This document shows, in pieces, positions 59,643-64,000 of a DNA stretch of 64,000 bases (position 1 is the stretch's first letter; every line of letters starts with the position of its first letter). This stretch comes from an uncultured Acidobacteriota bacterium. GTDB lineage: Bacteria > Acidobacteriota > Vicinamibacteria > Vicinamibacterales > UBA2999. The stretch lies in the NCBI GenBank assembly GCA_902826515.1, contig CADEFD010000007.1, positions 3,373 through 67,372 of the forward strand. The letters are read 5' to 3'. The position numbers and the translations under genes were made by a program. Under the pieces are notes generated by a model, which was given only the letters and a program-made list of their open reading frames with translations, did not search any database and was not told where the DNA came from.

Positions 59643-59810
59643 TCAGCCGTGGCTGCGCAGGATGAGGCGCAGCATCTTGAGGTTGATGACCGCGAAGCGC
59701 ACCATCTGCCACGGCACGAACGTGCGCATGAAGACGGTGGCGCGCGTGGGCATCGCGGCGGCGGACGTGGCGCGCGCGGGCGCGGTGGACGGCGCGGAGG
59801 CAGGGGTCAT
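59643..59810 (-). CDS. 55-aa small ORF translationally coupled to the SQR-like gene; not in the ORF track
   Basis: ATG at 59810 lies 4 nt after the SQR-like stop (59815). The product is MTPASAPSTAPARATSAAAMPTRATVFMRTFVPWQMVRFAVINLKMLRLILRSHG*, with an amphipathic or hydrophobic C-terminal half. The real start could be an internal Met. Confidence 0.4.
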   Translation of the reverse strand: MTPASAPSTAPARATSAAAMPTRATVFMRTFVPWQMVRFAVINLKMLRLILRSHG

Positions 59811-59814
59811 GGCG

Positions 59815-61269
59815 TCACTCCGGAATGAGACTCCAGCCGGGGCGGAGTCGCGCCTTGTACAGGAACAGGTGGTGCAGCAGGATCTTGATCCAGTGGCCGG
59901 CGAGGCCGATTTCCCCTGACGTCTGCGCCAGGTCGCGGCCGTAGGCGGGATACCGCTCGAAGTCGGGCACGATCGGGAAGACCGTGAGGGAGACCGCGGT
60001 GCCGGTGAACGGGTTGGCGCCGGCCGAGGCCACGCAGGCCGCGCCCATCGTCGCCATCGAGGTGCGGTGTGTCGGGCCTTCGGCGCCGCCGAGCATGTCC
60101 ACGATGCTGCGGGCGACGGCCTTGCCGATCATGGCCGATGGCATGCCGGTGCGTGGCGGCGCCGGCGCAACCGGTGCGCCCGACGGCGTCTGGTAGGGAC
60201 GCGAGATCGCATGCGGCGGGGCAAACGCGATGCCGGCGGCAAACAGGTTCCGATAGGCGGGTGACTGGTACGTGGACGGCCAGTCCGCGGCGCGCCACTG
60301 CTCGTAGGGGCGGGCCGCATAGTCGGCATCCACCGTCATGAAGCCGTTCGGCCGGAAGACCTGCGCGGAGATGTCCGCACCCGCGCGATCGACCGCCGTC
60401 AGGCCCACGCCGCTGAAGGGCGGCAGCAACATCGCGAAGTCGAAGCCCGCGGTACCCTGGCTGCCGTCGATCGTCTCGTAGTGGGCCTGTCCCGGCTCCA
60501 CCTGCCGCACGTGGGCCTTCGTGATCGCGGTGATGCCGCGTTCCGCGAAGAGCGACTCCATGAAGATGCGGCCCGGTGTCACGTAGCCGCCCTGCTTGAA
60601 GTGCATGCCGCCCATGCCGAAATCGCCGAGCTCGTATTCGTTCGTGATCCACTCGATGTCCGCCCGGTCGCGCACGCCGCGGGCCCGCAGTTCGAACTCG
60701 AGGTTGACCGCGTACTCGAAGGCCGCGCCTTCGCAGGTGCAGCCGCCGTGGCCGGTGCCGACGAGGAACCGCTGCCGTTCGCCCCGCCGCATGCGCTCGA
60801 CCGCGACGTCGAGGGCGCGCGCGGTGTCGGCGGCGTGGCTGTCGGTGCACACCGAGAGGCTGTGGCCGCCCGGTCCGAGCCCCGGCGTGGCGCCGAAGTT
60901 CAGCTTCGGACCGGTGGCGTTGATGAGGAAGTCGTAGCGAATCTCTTCCCGCTCGCCTTCGTGACCGGGTCGCGTGGACTCGACCACGACGAACGGGGCC
61001 GGGTCGTCGGCCCGGCCCTCGGGGTGCAGGGCCACGGCCTTCGCCTGCCGGAACTCGATGCCGTGGCGTTCGTACACCGGCGCCAGGTCGAACACGACGT
61101 CGGCCGGGGCCATCAGGCCCACGCCGACCCAGATGTTCGAGGGAATCCAGTTGTAGGTGGGCTTGGGCGACACCACGACCACGTCGTCACCACGCGGCAG
61201 CCACTTGCGAAGGAACGAGGCCGCCGTGTGCCCCGACACGCCGGCACCAAGCACGACAACTCTGGACAT
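59815..61269 (-). CDS. Sulfide:quinone-oxidoreductase-like FAD-dependent pyridine-nucleotide-disulfide oxidoreductase
   Basis: ATG at 61269 lies 5 nt after GGGAGG. MSRVVVLGAGVSGHTAA (FAD GxGxxG), ...YDFLINATGPKLNF..., ...GGCTCEGAAFEY (equivalent to the SQR CFGPAYEF Cys motif), and a C-terminal amphipathic tail HWIKILLHHLFLYK. It is the C-terminal 484 codons of the spurious 1011-aa track ORF. Confidence 0.8.
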   Translation of the reverse strand: MSRVVVLGAGVSGHTAASFLRKWLPRGDDVVVVSPKPTYNWIPSNIWVGVGLMAPADVVFDLAPVYERHGIEFRQAKAVALHPEGRADDPAPFVVVESTRPGHEGEREEIRYDFLINATGPKLNFGATPGLGPGGHSLSVCTDSHAADTARALDVAVERMRRGERQRFLVGTGHGGCTCEGAAFEYAVNLEFELRARGVRDRADIEWITNEYELGDFGMGGMHFKQGGYVTPGRIFMESLFAERGITAITKAHVRQVEPGQAHYETIDGSQGTAGFDFAMLLPPFSGVGLTAVDRAGADISAQVFRPNGFMTVDADYAARPYEQWRAADWPSTYQSPAYRNLFAAGIAFAPPHAISRPYQTPSGAPVAPAPPRTGMPSAMIGKAVARSIVDMLGGAEGPTHRTSMATMGAACVASAGANPFTGTAVSLTVFPIVPDFERYPAYGRDLAQTSGEIGLAGHWIKILLHHLFLYKARLRPGWSLIPE

Positions 61270-61404
61270 CACGGCCTCCCGATGGGTGAGAGCCGATTCG
61301 CGCCGCTTGGGTTCGGGCCGGCGGCAGAACCCTTGGCCAGCCCCGTGTCTCCCACGAAGTACGGACGCGGCACGGGCCGCGGACGCGGGCAGGAGGGTGA
61401 CGTC

Positions 61405-61896
61405 ATGACGCGGGTGTGGTGGGCGGCAGGGATCTTCGCAGCGGTGCTCGGCGTGGCGGGATGCGACGAGGGGCGCTCGCCGGTGGGGCCCTCGGTCGTG
61501 GTGCTCGCGGCGGACGTGCAGGTCGCGCTCGACACGACGATTCAGGACGAATACCGGGCCGAGACGATCTACCAGGGGGTCATCAACGACTTCGGTCCGG
61601 TGCTGCCGTTCACGGCGATCCTGACCGCGGAACAGCGGCACTCGACGAGCCTCGGCCTGCTCTTCACGAAACGGGGACTGCCGGTGCCGGCGAGCCTCGC
61701 GACGCTGGCGACGGTGCCACACTTTGCCACCGTGCGGGAGGCCTGCGCGGCCGGGGTCGTGGCCGAACGCGAGAACATCGCGCTGTACGACCGGTTCCTC
61801 GCCCAGGACCTTCCCGACGACGTGCGGCAGGTGTTCTCGAACAACCGCCGGGCCTCGATCGAGAACCACCTGCCGGCGTTCGTGACTTGTGCGTGA
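61405..61896 (+). CDS. DUF2202 (ferritin-like) lipoprotein
   Basis: SD AGGAGGGTGA. Lipobox LGVAGC. LDTTIQDEYRAETIYQGVINDFGPVLPFTAILTAEQRHSTSLGLLFTKRGLPVP and ...AERENIALYDRFL... resemble the duplicated DUF2202 ferritin-like motif. Confidence 0.7.
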   Translation: MTRVWWAAGIFAAVLGVAGCDEGRSPVGPSVVVLAADVQVALDTTIQDEYRAETIYQGVINDFGPVLPFTAILTAEQRHSTSLGLLFTKRGLPVPASLATLATVPHFATVREACAAGVVAERENIALYDRFLAQDLPDDVRQVFSNNRRASIENHLPAFVTCA

Positions 61897-61947
61897 GGGG
61901 GGCGGATCCGGGCGGGCCGCGGCCGCGGCGACAGGTAAGATGGGGCC

Positions 61948-62808
61948 GTGGACCGTCCGGACGCGCTCGTACCAGACGCCGACCTCATCGAGGCGGCCCG
62001 GCGTGGTGACGGTGACGCCCTCGACACGCTCATCCTGCGCTACCAGCCGCGGGTGTTCCGCTTCGGGCTGAAGATGTGCCGGAACGTCGAGGATGCCGGC
62101 GACATCGTCCAGGAGACGCTGCTCGCCCTGGCCCGCAAGATCGGCGATTTCCGTGGCGACGCGGCAATCTCGACCTGGCTGTTCGCCATCGCGCGCAACG
62201 CCTGCATCCGGCGGCGCCGCCGCAGCAAGTTCGCGCCGCCGCGCGAGGAATCCCTCGAAGGGCTCGAGACCGGCCTGCGCGAGGCCATCGCCGACCCGTC
62301 CACCGGACCCGAGCGGGCCGCCTTCGGCCACGAGATCGAGCTGCAGCTGACCGCCGCGATCGACACGCTGGAGCCCGGGCAGCGCGAGGTGCTCGTGCTG
62401 CGGGATGTCGAGGGCTTGTCGGCGCCCGAGGTGGCCGAGGTGCTCGGCATCCAGGTCGATGCGGTGAAGAGCCGGCTCCATCGCGCCCGCCTCCTCGTGC
62501 GGGCCCGGCTCGCGCCGGCGTTCGGGGCGCCGCCGGCCAGCGCGCCGGCGTCCGGGTGTCCCGACGTGCTGGCGCTGTTTTCGCGGCACCTCGAAGGTGA
62601 CATCGCGGCGGACGTCTGTCACGAGATGGAGGCGCATCTCGCGCAGTGCCGGAACTGCCTGGCGGCGTGCGACTCCCTCCGCCGCTCCATCGCCGTGTGT
62701 CAGGCCGCGCCGCCCGGCCCGGTGCCGGCGGCCGTGGCGAACGCCGTGCGGGCCTCGGTGCACGCCGCCCTGGCCGACATGCGCCGCGGCGCGCCATCGG
62801 CCGACTGA
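61948..62808 (+). CDS. ECF sigma-70 factor with a fused C-terminal zinc-finger anti-sigma (ZAS, HxxxCxxC) domain
   Basis: Sigma2 (LILRYQPRVFRFGLKMCRNVEDAGDIVQETLLAL...STWLFAIARNACIRRRR) and sigma4 (LEPGQREVLVLRDVEGLSAPEVAEVLGIQVDAVKSRLHRAR), then about 95 aa containing C....LFSRHLEGD......C..MEAHLAQCRNCLAAC. No TM segment. GTG start. Confidence 0.85.
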   Translation: MDRPDALVPDADLIEAARRGDGDALDTLILRYQPRVFRFGLKMCRNVEDAGDIVQETLLALARKIGDFRGDAAISTWLFAIARNACIRRRRRSKFAPPREESLEGLETGLREAIADPSTGPERAAFGHEIELQLTAAIDTLEPGQREVLVLRDVEGLSAPEVAEVLGIQVDAVKSRLHRARLLVRARLAPAFGAPPASAPASGCPDVLALFSRHLEGDIAADVCHEMEAHLAQCRNCLAACDSLRRSIAVCQAAPPGPVPAAVANAVRASVHAALADMRRGAPSAD

Positions 62809-62894
62809 ACGATTCCAGCGTCCTCCGCCTTCCGCCGATTGCGTCTGCACGGGAGCGGTCGTTACACTCGGCCCTCGGTTCCCGGGACGACGCC

Positions 62895-64000
62895 ATGGTG
62901 ACCCCCGCCATCATCGCCCCGCGCACGATGCTCGTGCTCGGTCTGTGGGTTGTGCTGCTCTGCGGCACGGCGTGCCGGCTCGCGCCCGCGAGGGAAACGC
63001 CGCGCACCCTGGCGGGCCCGTGGAAGTTCCAGCCCGGCGACGACCTTGCCTGGGCCGCGCCGGACGCCGACGATCGCACCTGGACGACCCTGCAGGTGCC
63101 GAAGAGCTGGGGACGGCAGGGATTTCACGAGGTCTACGGGCTGGCGTGGTACCGCACGCGCGTCGCGGTGCCGTGGCCGTCCACCGAACCGATCGCCCTG
63201 GCCCTCGGCAAGATCGACAGCGCCTACGAGGTCTACGTCGGCGGCCGACGGCTCGGCGGCGTCGGCCAGCTCCCGCCGTCGCCGGTCATGGAGTACGACC
63301 GGCACCGCATCTACGTCGTGCCCGCGTCCACGCGCGAGCCCGACGGCTCGATCGTGATCGCGCTGCGGGTGTGGCGCGCGGAGGGGAAGTCGGCCGGCGC
63401 GGCCGGTCCGGTCGAGGGGCCCTTCGAGGTCGGGCCGATCGGTCCCATTCTCGAACGCGACAAGCTCGCCGAAGCCGCGCAGCTCGCGGTCGTGCTGCTC
63501 TTCGTCGGCGTCGCGGTGTTTCATCTCGGCCTGCGTCTGCTGCGGCCCGAAGCCGCGGCGTACGGCTGGTTCGGGCTGCTGGCCCTCGAATCCGCGCTCT
63601 ACGCGTTCCTGCGCACGCAGTGGAAGTACATGGTGTTCGACGACTTCGTCATGCTGAAGAAGGTCGAGCACCTGATGATCTATCTCGTGCCGGTCACCTT
63701 CCTGCAGTTCCTGTGGGTGTTCTTCGGCCGGCCGGTGCCGCGCGGCGTGCGGATGCTCCAGGCGGGGCTGCTTGCCGGCGGCGCGCTGGCGCTGCTCGCG
63801 CCCGGGCTCGACACGGCGCTGGCGCTCCTGCCCGGCGTGCAGGTGGCGGCGTTCACCGCCGCGGGCGCCGGCACGGTCTTCGTGATGCCGTTCATCCGCG
63901 CCGGCGATCCGGAGGCGCGGCTCCTCGGGCTGGGGGCCCTGGCCGTCGTGCTCACGATCGGCAGTGACTTCCTCATCGAGCGCAACTTCTACGTGGCGCC
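62895..64000 (+). CDS. 7TMR-DISM-type sensor protein, N-terminal part (3' end outside the window); not in the ORF track
   Basis: Manual translation from ATG 62895 stays open to the window end. The product is MVTPAIIAPRTMLVLGLWVVLLCGTAC...WKFQPGDDLAWAAPDADDRTWTTLQVPKSWG....GLAWYRTRV......IALALGKIDSAYEVYVGG, a 7TMR-DISMED2-like extracellular module. Successive TM helices follow (AAQLAVVLLFVGVAVFHLGL; YGWFGLLALESALYAFL; HLMIYLVPVTFLQFLWVFF ...). The competing track ORFs 62597..63967(+) and 62862..63671(-) are Arg-rich junk. Confidence 0.65.
   Translation, partial: MVTPAIIAPRTMLVLGLWVVLLCGTACRLAPARETPRTLAGPWKFQPGDDLAWAAPDADDRTWTTLQVPKSWGRQGFHEVYGLAWYRTRVAVPWPSTEPIALALGKIDSAYEVYVGGRRLGGVGQLPPSPVMEYDRHRIYVVPASTREPDGSIVIALRVWRAEGKSAGAAGPVEGPFEVGPIGPILERDKLAEAAQLAVVLLFVGVAVFHLGLRLLRPEAAAYGWFGLLALESALYAFLRTQWKYMVFDDFVMLKKVEHLMIYLVPVTFLQFLWVFFGRPVPRGVRMLQAGLLAGGALALLAPGLDTALALLPGVQVAAFTAAGAGTVFVMPFIRAGDPEARLLGLGALAVVLTIGSDFLIERNFYVA

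Noticed and set aside
59815-62850. 1011-aa minus-strand ORF
   Set aside because: Only the C-terminal 484 codons (59815..61269) are real, forming the SQR-like gene with GGGAGG-N5-ATG. The remainder is antisense to the DUF2202 and ECF sigma genes and has Arg/Pro/Gly-rich nonsense composition.
62597-63967. 456-aa plus-strand ORF and the 269-aa minus-strand ORF 62862..63671 at the right end
   Set aside because: Both give Arg-rich junk. The third frame from ATG 62895 gives a coherent 7TMR-DISM-type sensor with a signal/anchor, an extracellular module and successive TM helices. That frame stays open to the window end, which is why it is absent from a stop-delimited ORF list.

Overview
This is a 64-kb, very GC-rich chromosomal segment (about 70% G+C by eye, not computed) from a Gram-negative bacterium. 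The gene content looks Acidobacteriota-like: a CarboxypepD_reg-type TonB receptor, a DUF1592/DUF1552 pair, NHL propellers and many exported proteins. Taxonomy cannot be settled without a database search.

I support about 58 protein-coding genes, including two ORFs under 60 aa and one 3'-open ORF that are missing from the supplied track. I also support one SAM-I riboswitch, two candidate promoters and several terminator hairpins. I saw no rRNA, tRNA, CRISPR array, transposase or integrase. Most very long ORFs in the track are wrong-frame or antisense shadows of real genes, as expected at this GC content.

Gene order:
- A stress-type operon of small membrane proteins (YqjD/YqjE/YqjK-like) with an orphan NarL-type regulator.
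- A glycosyltransferase and a BON-domain protein.
- A peptidase/PD40/Omp85 fusion outer-membrane protein.
- DUF378 plus an SGNH hydrolase.
- A frame-disrupted TspO and an SDR.
- A KaiC-like ATPase plus a frame-disrupted PAS hybrid kinase.
- argA.
- AraC, VOC and a frame-disrupted UvrA paralogue.
- A propeller/Y_Y_Y sensor kinase and NarL regulator, followed by a TonB receptor and a run of exported cupin, NHL and amidohydrolase proteins.
- A DUF1592, DUF1552, ankyrin and DUF442-like operon.
- RraA-like and DUF899 genes with a divergent regulator.
- A redox cluster (ALDH, Gfo/Idh/MocA, alpha/beta hydrolase), then SodC and a Zn-ADH.
- A SAM-I riboswitch, a cystathionine-family PLP enzyme, AmpG and a Tat-exported PLP enzyme.
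- An SQR-like flavoprotein, a DUF2202 protein, an ECF sigma factor fused to a ZAS anti-sigma motif, and a 7TMR-DISM sensor.

Observations most worth follow-up:
1. The sensor-controlled TonB-receptor locus, whose downstream genes are all exported cupin, NHL or amidohydrolase proteins.
2. A three-member family of exported Cys-bracketed proteins scattered through the window.
3. The four-gene DUF1592/DUF1552/ankyrin/phosphatase-like operon.
4. The sigma/anti-sigma fusion next to the SQR-like gene.
5. Four frame disruptions in three recognisable genes within 13 kb. Two of them compensate each other in TspO, and one coincides with a formal -1 slippery heptamer.
6. A SAM-I riboswitch whose aptamer contains the ribosome-binding site of an aspartokinase-like remnant ORF that overlaps the downstream met gene.

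All family assignments come from motif recognition by eye. None has been verified by a search.
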